NCBI GenBank assembly: GCA_051362555.1
Contig: CM120642.1
Location: 19,964,001-20,028,000 of the forward strand
Origin: Lingula anatina
Taxonomy: Eukaryota; Animalia; Brachiopoda
Length of the DNA: 64,000 nucleotides
Direction: 5' to 3'
The notes under the pieces are model-generated. The model saw nothing but the letters and a program-made list of their open reading frames with translations. It was not told where the DNA came from and ran no database searches. The translations under genes and the position numbers were made by a program. Positions 13,310 to 26,500 of the stretch are shown in pieces (position 1 is the stretch's first letter; each line of letters starts with the position of its first letter).

Positions 13310-15852
13310 ATATATATAAATAATATATATATGGATAGAACATAATATCTTTTGCAGAATTTTACATATTTATGAGAACAAAGTGATGTTACAGTAGCAG
13401 TTTAAATTAAGTTTTAATTGCCTGGTAGTTGCATAAGTTTTTCAGAATCCTGCGATTATTTCATCTGAGGAAAAATGCACAAACAGCCTTTACAAATTCA
13501 GGTCACAATGGCAACTTTGTCAACATAGATAAAAGATAAACACAAACAGTTTCATAGCCTATATAGTAAGATTTTGACTGGCGAACAGCTGATCAGGTTG
13601 TGAGAGGTTGCATGTACCTTTTTCGATGTAAGTAGTTTGAAAATGCATTAAATTTTTATTACTGTGAATATAAATATTTATTCAATGTCTCTAAAGTGAG
13701 GTTAACATATAAACATGTAAGATGTGCTTATGTTTGTAGGAAGAATAGGCACAGGTTGAAAGGAAAAAGTTTCTGTATCTGCCTTACAGTTTGTTTACTT
13801 TAACAGTCAGCATTTTATAAGAAGAGCATGTTATGAGTGCTAACTTGTGTAACCAATTTAAGTAAATAAGGGACATGTTGGACATATTAGTTTTTGTCCT
13901 CCATAAGATCTGTTTTCCTCTTTAAAACTTCCTATTTTTTCATATATATCAAAAAAAGTGAAAAATGACACCCCTTTTTTTCTAACTTAAGCTCTTCAGT
14001 TTTCCTTCTAAATAGGGTACACAAATTGGTCCATAAAGTTGAATTAAGACATTGACTACAACTTTTTATTGTGATTTTTTATTGCTTTTGTTTTCTGCTT
14101 TGGAAAAATTTTTTCTGAGACAAAAGTTACTAATAATAAAGAAGCAAAAAATTGATTGAATGCTACAATATATGGATATAGAATATGATTATTCAAAGGG
14201 CAAACTTGACAAAGTACAAGAAGTAATATAAAAGACTATGAAATGAAGTCATCAACACATACATGTACATATATTCACTTTATTTCTATCAGTCAGATCA
14301 GGGACTGGTTCCCTTTTTCCTGAAAGGTGTGAAAAATGCACCAATTACCTGAGATAATGAAGGCAGGGAGGGAACAATTAATATTTAAAGGGTGCCCCCT
14401 AGGTTTCACAGAATACGGAAAAATCATCTACTGTAGCTGTGGTGTTTTCCTTTAAAGCCTCTACCACTTCTAGTATTATGCTTTAAAATTGGAAAAATAT
14501 ATATCTCTAAATCGTATAATCTGGGATAGCGCTAACACTCGCCAATTTAGACAAATGGTAAAACTGACTTAATTTGGCTAAACAAAAACTGGTTGGTTTG
14601 ACTTGTTTTAGTTAAATTTAAATCATTTGGAGAAAAAATTAAAAAGTAGTGATTTGGCTAAGAGAAAAAAATTGCCTGTGCTACCCCAGTATAAAGATAA
14701 AGCGTATGATTTAGTCAGATGTCCTTGGATTTCTCATGTGACTGTGACTTACATAAGTGGTGAACTGTTGTTACCTTGATGTGAATGCTCTCTGTGTTTA
14801 TTACCTGTATGTACCTGTACCTCATTGACTGACCTGCTTTATAGTCACACATGCTGTCAATACACATTCACATGGTAGACAGAATCTGGATATGCCTTGT
14901 TCATAAGATAAGCAATATATTGCAAAGCACAAGAAATATTGAAGTTGGGGATTGTCTATATCAGGGATTGTCCAGATAATAATTCTCTAAAAAGGCATGG
15001 ACACATCTGTGTATAAATTCTCAGGAAGTGGATGGTTTGATAGGTAAAATGTCTTGAAATAGGACTGCTGGTATAGCATAATTACTCAAAACAAAGAACA
15101 ACTGCATGCTTTTAAACATGTTTTCACTGTGGAATTTAGAAATGACTTTAAGGACACAGTGTTATAGAACTAAAGGCTAGTTTAAAATTTTTTTACCTAG
15201 GATAAGTTGTACATTTTTGCCACTTCACCATACCATTACTTAGTGCATTTTATTTCCATACAAAAAATGCAGTGTGCTCAGAATTGGGGTCGGTTGCTCT
15301 GTCTCTGTACTAAGGTTACATACACCACTGGACCCTCCCTTGTGATTTGACTGTCATAAAATTAACATTACAAAAAGCCAATAAAAATTATTTTTAGGAA
15401 CAGCTTTGATCAGGAATAATATGTATAGATGATCATAATGCAAGAGTTGCAGGGGTTGGGTCATATAATAATTATATACCTTTAGTTATATAGCAGTCTT
15501 ACTACTTGTTCCTTTTATCATTTGAGGGTAAATATAAAATTATTTAACAATTTTGATCCTCTTATCATTTTACCTATTAATGTGAATGATTAACCCAGTG
15601 CTGTTTATGAGATGATGGCAAATTTTTGCTTTCCCCAGGATAAATTTATTAAATTAATGTAAATCCCAACATCATTGTGTATTTGCAGTGATGTTGATGT
15701 CGTAGTTGTCTGATGTCCAAAATAATTCCTCTGAACTGGCTAATTACTTTGTGTTGAGAGTCAAAATATTATATCTATTTGATGATCATGATTGCTTCTA
15801 TCAAGGCTATGAGTTCGAGGACAAGGGTTTTCCAAGTGAACTGTCCAGCCAT

Positions 15853-15893
<41 letters not shown>

Positions 15894-17584
15894 GACGGCT
15901 TTAGGCATACTTACACTCCCTGAAAGTTTGCAGAAAATTACAGGTGGTAATTTTGGATGACCTGTACAGTGTACCCCCAATCCTTGGAAAAGCCCCATTT
16001 GAGGAAGTATTGCACGTGAAAGACAAGAGGCATTGAGTGATCAGGAGATTTTCTTATCTTCTTATGTGCATGTGATTGGTGACAGTGCAAAAATGTACCT
16101 TGCAAGTGATTTCCACAGAAACATCAGTGATCAGTAGCTGACAAATTCATATTATTTGCTATTTATTATGGTATTTCACAGTATTTTATAACCATATGAC
16201 AGAATTCTTCCCACTCTATGACTTTCTTCTTTTCATGTATATGTATATTATTCCTCAAAGCAGAGAAAATTTCAACTCCTTATTTGCTTGAACTGAATTG
16301 GTAAAATTAAAATTACTAATAGAAGAGACAAAGTTTTTTGAAAGGTACATGGGTATATGTCTCACTGAATAACATATTGATTATGAAAACACTTTGATGA
16401 CAAATCACAAAAACCACCCCTCCCCCCTCGGATACCCCAATTGCACATGAGCTTCTTTTTACAGTAACAATTGAAATGTTGATAATAATCTTCTCCTGAT
16501 GATTAACCCATGATCACTAACAGTATTATTATAACTTTCTTTAACATACGTATAGGACTTGGTGTACCTGCCGAAATGAATTTCCTTGGGGGAAAGAAAC
16601 AATTTTGTGCTTCTCACGAATCGTTGCTTAACCTGCCCAATATTAATTTTGGATTCCATTTTTACTTCCTTTTTTTTTATTGAACAATTTACATCTAAAT
16701 GACTTGTCAGTCATTGAAAGTGCCATGTTTTCTTGTCAGTTCAGAAGGAGCTATTGAAAACAAGGGCTTTTATAGTTTTTAAGGTGTGAAGTGGGAAGAG
16801 ATTCTAAAGAAGCTTTGCGGGATATTAAGACTGACAGAGTGCCCCTTTAAAGGAGAATTTTCTTATTTCAGCTATTATGATGTGTAGTAAATTAAATCCT
16901 ACCAAACATCATTTGCTGCCATTTTTTTTTAATTATTTTCACTATCTGCAAAAGTGATTGAGTAAACTTTAAAAAGCTCATTAAATATGCTGATATCATT
17001 TATCTTCAGTAAACCAATAGGCCAATATAGAATTGAGAAAAGATAACTATTTCAATTGTATGATTTCATCTACATGCCAAAAAATCTAATATTGGGTAAT
17101 ACTACAAATTTATATTTTACATACTGTAACTGTTATCAAAAAAGTAGATAACATATCAATACTTTCCTGTTATCTTGATAATAAATGATGTAAATATAGA
17201 TAGATACATTTTGTCATTTGACAAAGTTAATGTGTAAAAGCTTGTAGGTTATAGCCCAAGGTTGGCATCAGTCAGTTTCATATGGCAAGACTTGTACAGT
17301 GGTATAGGTATAGTACTTTGTATTTTGTAGTGAATGTATTGTGACAATGTTTGGAGCCTTCATTGTAAAGACCGTTTGATTGTCATAATGAGTTTCATCT
17401 TATGTGTTTGTTAGAACTTCTTTTTCCTTTTCAACATTTACAGTTACTGAGAAGTTCAGATGACCCTTATAAAAATTACTTTTTCTTATTTTTTCCAGGT
17501 TGCTAAGAGGGCTAGGGTGTCATCATGATGATATAATTTTCTTTATATCTTTCCAGGCAGCTAAGAGGGCTAGAAGATGAGAGT

Positions 17585-20500
17585 ATGGAAATACACCAGC
17601 TGAGAGCTCCAACTAAGAATGGTAGCAGCGGCAACAGTGTTGACAGCTATGGAAGTATAAGGAGTAACAATAATGAAGAAACACCTCTAATGGACAGCAA
17701 ATACGGTAGCACGGAGGCTACAAGGTATTAGGGACCATTCCTAGGGAAATTTGGATTGATCTATCTCCCAGGGGAGACTCGCTAAATTGTTATCAGCTTA
17801 ACAAGCTAAAATGTCTGTCGACATGCCTAGTAAAGCTGTTAGGGGGTAATTATCTTTACCCCTTAGCTGATTTGGTAGGCGTGGCAGATAGTTAAGTCAG
17901 TTAGTTGACAACAATTTAGTGAGTCTTCTCAGGGAGTCAGACCAATCCAGGCGGATCGATCTATAGGCATGGGAATCCAGTCTAAAAATGAAATACTTAC
18001 ATAGCAGCTTAGGGGGCTTGCTTATCCAGGCCCACTAAATAGGAAACTAACAGTTATGATGAATAGCCATGAAACATTGACAACAACCCCCCTCCCTGCC
18101 CCCCCCCCCTCCCCCCCCCAAAAAAAAAGTTATATATAATATATAATATATATATATATCCACACTTCTCCAGCTATACCTGACTGGAATCCAATCTGGC
18201 CATTGGTGGTTGTATATTGCTTATTCCAGAGTGAGTCAATTAGTTACTTGTATTTCAATGAGATATGACTACGAGCAGCATATTCTTTGGGTTTCAGTAA
18301 CATGTACTTTTTTTTATAGAAAATTTAGCTTAGTTGAATTTTGAAGTTAATACCCTCCTGGTCAATAAACTAGGAAATCCAGACTCAGCTTACAGAGCAC
18401 TATCTTTGAATGCAGTCAGTAGGGTTATCTTTAAAATGAAAATTTGTAGTGTGTTTTACATGTATGCTGCTGATATATATTGATAGTGGGTAGTGTGGCA
18501 CTGTTGACTGGTTTTTGGTTGTTGCTGTTGTTCACTGGTTATCAGCCATAACTGTTTAGGAGACCTTTTTGTGGTAGATGTGAAATGGTTCTTTATTTTT
18601 TGACTGTTGAATTTATTTATCTGTTTGTTGTAAGTTCCTTGAAGCAAACGATGCCATCCCCAATAACCATGATAAAAAGAGAGTTACAGTGCATTATAAA
18701 ATTCTGTGTGACATTTTAATTTCAGCCAACAAAGTGAAGTCACCATAATTAGCAATGGATCCACTGCTAACTTGATTCAAGATGCACAAAAAGAAGATAC
18801 CGATAGATCAAAATCATGGCAACCATCCAAAGCAACCAGAGAGAAGTTAAAGCAAATCAAAGTTGCTCTGCTCTTTATAGCAACAATTATGTGTTCTGTA
18901 AGTAAAAACAGCATCAGTTTGATATGGTTGTAATTTAAAAGATCAAATAGATTCATTTTCAGTCAGACTGACTTTTTTTACCAAGGAAGGGCATCAAAAT
19001 TTGATAAGTATTTTCAAGATAGGCTGAAGGTTGAAGAGGGGGGTGGGGGGGTATGGTTAATTTTCTTAACTGACCAAGATGTATACTAGTACCAACATGT
19101 TGCATATCAATAAAAAGTTTATTTCAACAGCTATTCATTTCATATCATTATTTTTTTACATAATGGTTACGTAAGGAGATATGACCTGCAACCTATAACA
19201 TTTCACAGGTGCATTATGTTTAAGGACAGGTACAAATTTTCAATTTTGTCATAGAATGATATAATATTATATTTAAATCTGAACATACATTTTAAGAAAA
19301 TTGCTAATACAGACATAATTATAGTCATAATTGTTAATTGAAAACATACATTCACTAGTTGTTTTTTTCCTTCAACTTTATCTGAAGGTCTGGGTTGGCA
19401 TATCTGAAGAACATGAAGAGGAGCTACATCAGTTTTCAGTATCGGCTTACCAGCCATTAAGTAAGTGTGTGTCTACTTTATCTTCATAAAATGAAGTCCT
19501 TTCAACTGACTCTCATAAGTCCATTCCAGTAGGTATATAACAAGTTAATGTATTAAGACTTCCAGTATGTATAACCAACTGCAGAAATGTGAGTTATTTT
19601 GTAATTGCTGGAAGATGGAATCTGCCTAATCCACATTTTAAAATATTTTCAACTTTTTATTTACAGGTTTGGACATAACTCCAGGTGCAGGGCAGAGCGT
19701 AGTGAAAGTGATGATCAGTGGACCCTTTGTTAAAGCCCTGGATGACCATGGAGACTATGAGAACAATATGACACTGACGGTGGCTAACTCTGCTGCATTT
19801 GACAATGGAACTCAGAAACCAGCAGTCAAACTGGTATGGATAAAGCCCCAGCAATGTTTTTTCTGTCATTGTCTTGTATTGCTTTCAGTATTTCAGTAGC
19901 TGTGTCTAGAGTTATCCCTCCGTGCATGAGGCTATCAGGGTGAATAGGTAACCAGTATCCAGGAGATAGACGGATACTTAGCTATTTACCTGGAAAGCCT
20001 TATTCCATGGTGGAGATGTAGCTTGATGCTGACAGTGTTGGAAGCAAAAAAAAAAAAAAAAAAAAAAAAAAACAATTTCAATACTAAGTTGTTGATTGGA
20101 GAATGGCTGAAGAAATGTTAAGATAAAAGTTTTTAAGATGGTCGGGTGAGATGCCATTCACACAAAAAAACCTTTAAGATTGTTGGACTAAACTTGCTCT
20201 GAATAATTAGTACAAATCAATAGTAATTTTTTATATGTTTTTCAGATACGAATATTGATGTCTGTATGAGACATCTGGAGAGGCTTCTGTAACTGTATAA
20301 TTGATTTTGATTTCAGGGTTGAAAAGATATGTCTGCCATTAAACCTGAAGTGGAATGTGATTGATTTTTTCATTCCAAAATTTGAGGAAGGAATTTCTCA
20401 CATTTCAACAAAATGTTTAAATGATATGATATTCCAGCAATCCTCGGCTATCCAGCAGGAGACTTTGATACTTTCTAAAGAAAATGCTTCCTATGAAACT

Positions 20501-23500
20501 GAAGAATATACGTATTTGTTTGACTTCACAGGCCCTGAGTAAGTTCCTTAAGTTTCTAGCATTCCAAGATGAGACTTGGCAATGATTTTGAACTGCTAAT
20601 AGTTGTCAGTTTTATATGATAAATGTATTTTAGTAACGTAACTTTTTATTTTACAATTACATCTATTCATTAACTTCAGATATTGTTAATTTTGACACAC
20701 AGTTTAAACAAGATGGAATAAGTAGTTGATGTTTTAGATACACAGTGATTGGAAGAAATTTATTAAAAATTTGAAGCAAAAGAAATAAAAATGAGAATTC
20801 CTCGAAAAATTTTTTTTCACCGACACAAAATGTTATTTTATCCAAGTTTTGAGTTCCATATTTCTGATTTTTACATTATTAATTTATGTCCATTCCAAAA
20901 GTAACTCAGAGACTAAAAAGTATTTACTCAGAAATGGGTATATGGATTATTGGAACTCTGTGAACAATTTTGGATATCATAATGGTATATTTTTATGATT
21001 AAGAAACATAGTGGCATAAACACTAAATTCTTTTCATATTTAGTTCAAAATAAATCAAATAACACTGTCATTTTTGCCATGATATTATATTCTAGTGAGC
21101 AGGGGCCATTCAAATTAAGGCTGAACACTACCACTGCCTATGGGGTCCCTGTGTCTCTGTCCTATCTAACACTTCCAGCAGATAGCCACAATGCTGTGGT
21201 ATATGCAGCCATTGTTCTACTTGGTGTTTATGTCCTCATTGTGTTTGAGGTGGGTATTGTTGCTATGGTAACGAATCTGCCTCTGGTGTCTGATTTTTTT
21301 ATTTTAACTATTTGACAAAAACAAGATGGTGATGTTATCTTTAACATAGAATTATAAAGTTTTTAATGGAATTTATTTCTTCCAGTTGGTTCACAGGACC
21401 TTGGCCGCCATGATGGGATCAATGGCCGCCCTGGCTGTGTTGTCTGCGATGAATGAGGTAGCTATTCTCTCATAAACTCCTGACATTGTGTGTGAGATAT
21501 AATTAAATTAAAACTTTTTATTAAAAAGATATTAAGACATACAAAGCTAAATTTTTCATTGGGTTTACTTTTGAAAGTAGATTTGTTTGAGGGCCAAAGC
21601 AAAAAGGTATATTCCCCTGGAAATGAACACGTATTCAACTGATTTTCAGAAAACTTCAATTAAGAAATATTTGTGCCTGCTTTAAAAAAAAAAACTACAT
21701 CCTGGATAGAACGTAATAATTTTTAGTAAATTTTAAGGATAAAGGGTTCTTTTTCAGTTTGTTTTGCATAATGATATACTATATGATTGTGTATTCTTTC
21801 TGTTCCGAGTCAGCTGTAATGAAAACTATTGACTAAAACGCAACACACATTTACTTTACTATCTAGAGACCAACAATGTCTACCGTAATCTCATGGCTTG
21901 ACACAGAAACATTGTCACTGCTGTTTGGAATGATGGTAATGGTGGCCATTTTCAGTGATACTGGGTTCTTTGACTATTGTGCATTATTGGTAGGTACTGT
22001 ACACGTATATGCACTGAGCAAAAATTTAAACGCGCTATGTGAATTATATACATGTATGTAACATGTAATGGGCTACGGACAGTTATTTGTGGCACATTGC
22101 ACCACAAAATTCCTTGATGTATGATTTAATACATATGATACAGTATATATTTTTTTCAAGTATTGTGTAGCTGTGCATGGTACAGTATTTCAACGGGAAA
22201 ATAGGAGTTTGGGACATTTTCCAACACACACGGTATACCTAGCTGTAAAATGTTCAAAATGTGTATATTTCCAGGCTTACAAGTTAGCCAAGGGCCAGGT
22301 GTGGCCACTGATGACCATCCTGTGCTTTTTTGGAGCTGTTGTGTCAGCCTTCTTAGACAATGTGACTACCATATTACTTATGACGCCAGTCACTATAAGG
22401 TGAGAAATGCATTATGTTATATGAACTTATATCCGAATGTTAAATTGTTAAACATAGTTGAAAATTTATTTTAAAAATTGAAAATCCATGGGGCAAATGA
22501 GAGTGTAAAAGATGGCCGTAAAAGATGTGTTTTACTTTTATTCTGTTATACCTAGTGTTGAATTAAGCTTTTAGTCCAATTATCTGACAGAATGACTTGC
22601 TATTGATATTGTTTATCACAATTCAATTGCACTTTTCTGATGATAATGTGGAAATGATTTTGTTTATGAACTTAAGTACTTATGTAACCAAAGAAACCAA
22701 TATGTATATATCTGTATTATACTAAATCTCTTACTCTGACATATTTTATTATCATTATGTGAAGCATACTTAATTTCAGCAGCAGTTTGGCAATCAACAT
22801 GTTAGATTAGTAGCATGGAGAAACATATGTTGATATATATATAGCTTTAAAAAAGCTGGGTGGAGTAAGAGGCATGTTAGGTTGAGAAAGATCCAGATTT
22901 TGATCACTGACGTGTGTCCTAATGCCCTGTAGGCTGTATGTCACAGCGTCTGTTGCCATTAATCTTAACAATAGTTGAGTGCAGTAGGTTTCATAAGAAC
23001 AGTGGTGAAGTGACTCAGTGATGTTAAGAGTTACAGGGTTGTTGACAGCATGTTTTGGCATTAATCTTACAAGAAGCTGACAGTAAGAATGTGTTGTAAA
23101 AGAGATGTGAGTGAACTACTAAATGAAAAAAATTAAAGAGTTAGAGCAATGGTAGGAAAATATATATTAATTCAAAAACTGAAGAAAATTATGTTCATCA
23201 AGGTTTTCAGCATTACATCAGCTAGAATGACTCTAGACTTGACTGACTGTTGGTTTTTTTTTTTTTTTTTTCATTATTTTCACTTCCACTCTAAGACTTG
23301 AATTTGGACCATTTCTTTTCAGACAGCTACTTATATAAGTGTTTTTATTTGCCCCTATATACAGTTACTGCAGCTATCACTGGTTTGGAAAAAGATAAAT
23401 TTTTAATATTATTTAATTAGAAACTCAGTTGTGAATGTTCCTCACATCAATTTATTTATATTATAATAAAATTATTATCCTATTTTCCTTACCCATCAGG

Positions 23501-26500
23501 TTATGTGAAGTCCTCAACCTGGAGCCTAAACATTTGCTCATTGCTATTGTGTTGTTCTCCAATGTCGGAGGCACAGCTACTGCAATCGGTGACCCACCCA
23601 ATGTGATCATAGTCTCAAACTCCTATCTTAAGGAGAAGGTAAGAATGAAGGCTGATGTCAGGTTATTTATCCAGATAGGTTTATTATCAGCAACAGGGGT
23701 GGATCCAGAGCTATTTTCTGACAGTCTTCCAAATTATCTTTGTTGATCCATCCTCCATTTTTGGACGTCTTCCGACAGAAAAAATTAGATACCTGTCAAT
23801 GTAAAATTGAAAATCTGACAATCTTTGGGAAGACCCTTAAGACGGCCTCAATCTGCCCCTGAACATGCTCCATTAGGAAAATGCTCATAACTTTGAAAGC
23901 AAAAACGTTGTAATGTTAGTCATTGTTATACTATACAACACCATTGAAGTAAAAAAAAACTATAATTTATATCATTCTATTGATGTGGGGCTTGAGAAAA
24001 TTTAAAGAAAAAAAATAAGTTCTCTTGTTGGACACATTTGCTGAGTTTTTTCTCTTGTAGGATATAACATTTGCTGAAAATCTTTTCTCTTGTAGAATAT
24101 AACATTTGCCAACTTCACAGGACACATGATACTGGGTATTCTGTTTGTGTTAATTGGTGCCTATGGCCTCCTTAGAGTTCAGTACAGAAATCTTGCCAAC
24201 CTCAAAAACAAATTCCCCCCAGAAATCGCAGGTACTGTTACCCTTACTGGCTACTTTCTCCAATTCTAATACTGCTTTTGTTGCTTAATACCACAAGTAA
24301 GAAACTTTGTTTCATGTGATATATGAGGCATAAAAATAGCTAAAATTTATTTTAAGCTTAATAATACATGATTAATAATTATAAATTTCTAATGTTTAAT
24401 TCAGTAGGGTTTTGTTAAAAACATAATGAGCATCCCAATATTTGATAAGTTGCCTAGATGATTTTTAGAATTGCTGTATATTATGACTTTTGAACTTGTA
24501 GAATTGAAGCATGAGATTAAAGTATGGCGTCGCAGTGCAAAAAGGATAGCGTCTGTCACCAGAGAGGAAAGTGTGGTGAAAGCCTTGCTCATGCAAAAAG
24601 TTGTCACACTGGAGAATCTGGTGAAGAAAAAGCTTTATAAAACCAAGTAAGTGGTGGAATTAAGGAAAATGTAAACCTTTTTAATCCTTTGCTAGTATCT
24701 AAAAATAGAAATTATTTTCAATTGATAATTTAAATGTTTTGTTGAGAGATAACTTCAAGGTATTAGCAGGCAAGAAAATGTGGTGAACTTGACATTGGAA
24801 ATTGAGAGAAAGTTATAAAAAGAGTAATAAAAATATAAAGGACATTGTGTGCCATTGCTTTTACTGCTGTGCTTTAAATGATGATAACTGCTTTTTTCAT
24901 GTTTAATTTTAGGCGGAGTGTTGAAAAAGACTTTAAAGAAAGTGTTTCCGAGCTGGAGAAAAAGGTATAAAAGTGTGGTAACAATACATCATTTATGATG
25001 GTATTTATTCATGAACAACAGGACATGCTTATTATAAAAGCTCATGATCAGCAGTAATGGCAACATTCCCAAAATCCTTTGTTTTTTTTTCTTTGCTTGT
25101 TTTCAGAGGAAGATGACTTCTTTTATTTACCATCCACTCAAAAAATTTAAGATGTCACAGTAGATTATATTTTTCTCTTTCCAGTACCGTATCACTGACC
25201 ACTGGCTATTGCTGAAGTCCAGTATAGTGCTGCTGGTTGTTATACTGGCCTTCTTCCTCCACTCTTTTGTTACACAGATGCATTTGGACCTAGGTGAGAA
25301 GCAAATAAATATATCATATATTGAATGGAGATGTACGGTAACTGAAATGACTCTCTCTTTTCAATGGAAAACATTGCAACTTTTACAGATACTGTATTTT
25401 TGAAGTCGTAAATTCTTATAAGTAGAGTATTCTTTTTAAATGGTAGCAACAAAATTGAAAAGCATGCTGTCTTATAGTTCAATTCTATACAGTCAAAGCA
25501 CCACAAATGCTACATACAAATATTAAATATTTTAAATTATTTCAGAATTACGTATCTAAAAGATTGATCATTTTTCTCAATTGAAAAGATATGATCATTA
25601 CCATAATTTAAAGTTGGATTTGGCCAATTTAAGCTTCCTTAAACAAAAAATTATGCCATGAAAGAATCTGGATTAATTAAAAGATCATTATATCATATTA
25701 TATTTAGATGTTTGGTTTTGAATGTAAATATAATATGATAGGTGGAACCGTTTCACATCAAGTAGTTTGTTTAAGGTCCACCCTAAGCATGCTAAGATTA
25801 TATCTTTTGGAGTTTCACTTCTAGCTTTATGTAATATAATGGAATTGCAGTCAGTGTTAATAAGTGAAAACTGAATTCAGGGAATTCTACAATTATATTC
25901 CTCTCCAAAAAAGTTAGGGATAAATTGATAGGATTTTCAGGATAATTCAGAAATGAGTAATAGCTTGGAATTGTTTAGGTTTTGGTCCATTAATTTTAAT
26001 TTATTTTAAAAAAATGAGCTGCCTTGACAAAGGGTCATTGGGTGCTTTTCTAGTTCTATTTTTAATCTTCAGGGTGGATTGCAATAATTGGTGCTATATG
26101 GTTACTGGTGCTGGCCGATATTGAAGACTTAGAGAGCGTTTTTCACAGAGTGGAATGGGCAACGCTGCTCTTCTTTGCTGCATTGTTTGTGCTCATGGAG
26201 GTGAAGGAAAAATTGATCTCTGTGTTTTTGCCATAATATTATACATTGTTTTAAACTCATCCTTGAGTCATAAGTCTGTAGTAGTCTAAAAAATTGAGAT
26301 CCTGAGGTATCAAACAATATGTTTGGGGAATACAATCACTTTCTCTCATGAAAAAAGCTAATTGAAAATTATTTTGATTATATCTTTATTTTTGTTCAGT
26401 TTTATTTCTAAAACTGGAAAAGATGTTATTTTTTAGGCACTGACAGAGCTTGGTTTGATAGAGTGGATAGGGGATCAAGTTGTAGCCCTTATAAGGACAG

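Larger units (their letters stand above)
9236..14741. promoter_or_regulatory. Cluster of MITF/TFE-type E-boxes (TCATGTGA / M-box) in the OCA2 5' region
   Basis: TCACATGA at 9236, 9995 and 11715; TCATGTGA at 12983 and 14734; AGTCATGTG at 11587. Motifs are seen directly; function is inferred. Confidence 0.5.

Noticed and set aside
14520-14690. Possible small MITE (ctgggatagcgc / gtgctaccccag)
   Set aside because: The inverted repeat is short and imperfect, with no second copy in the window and no clear TSD.
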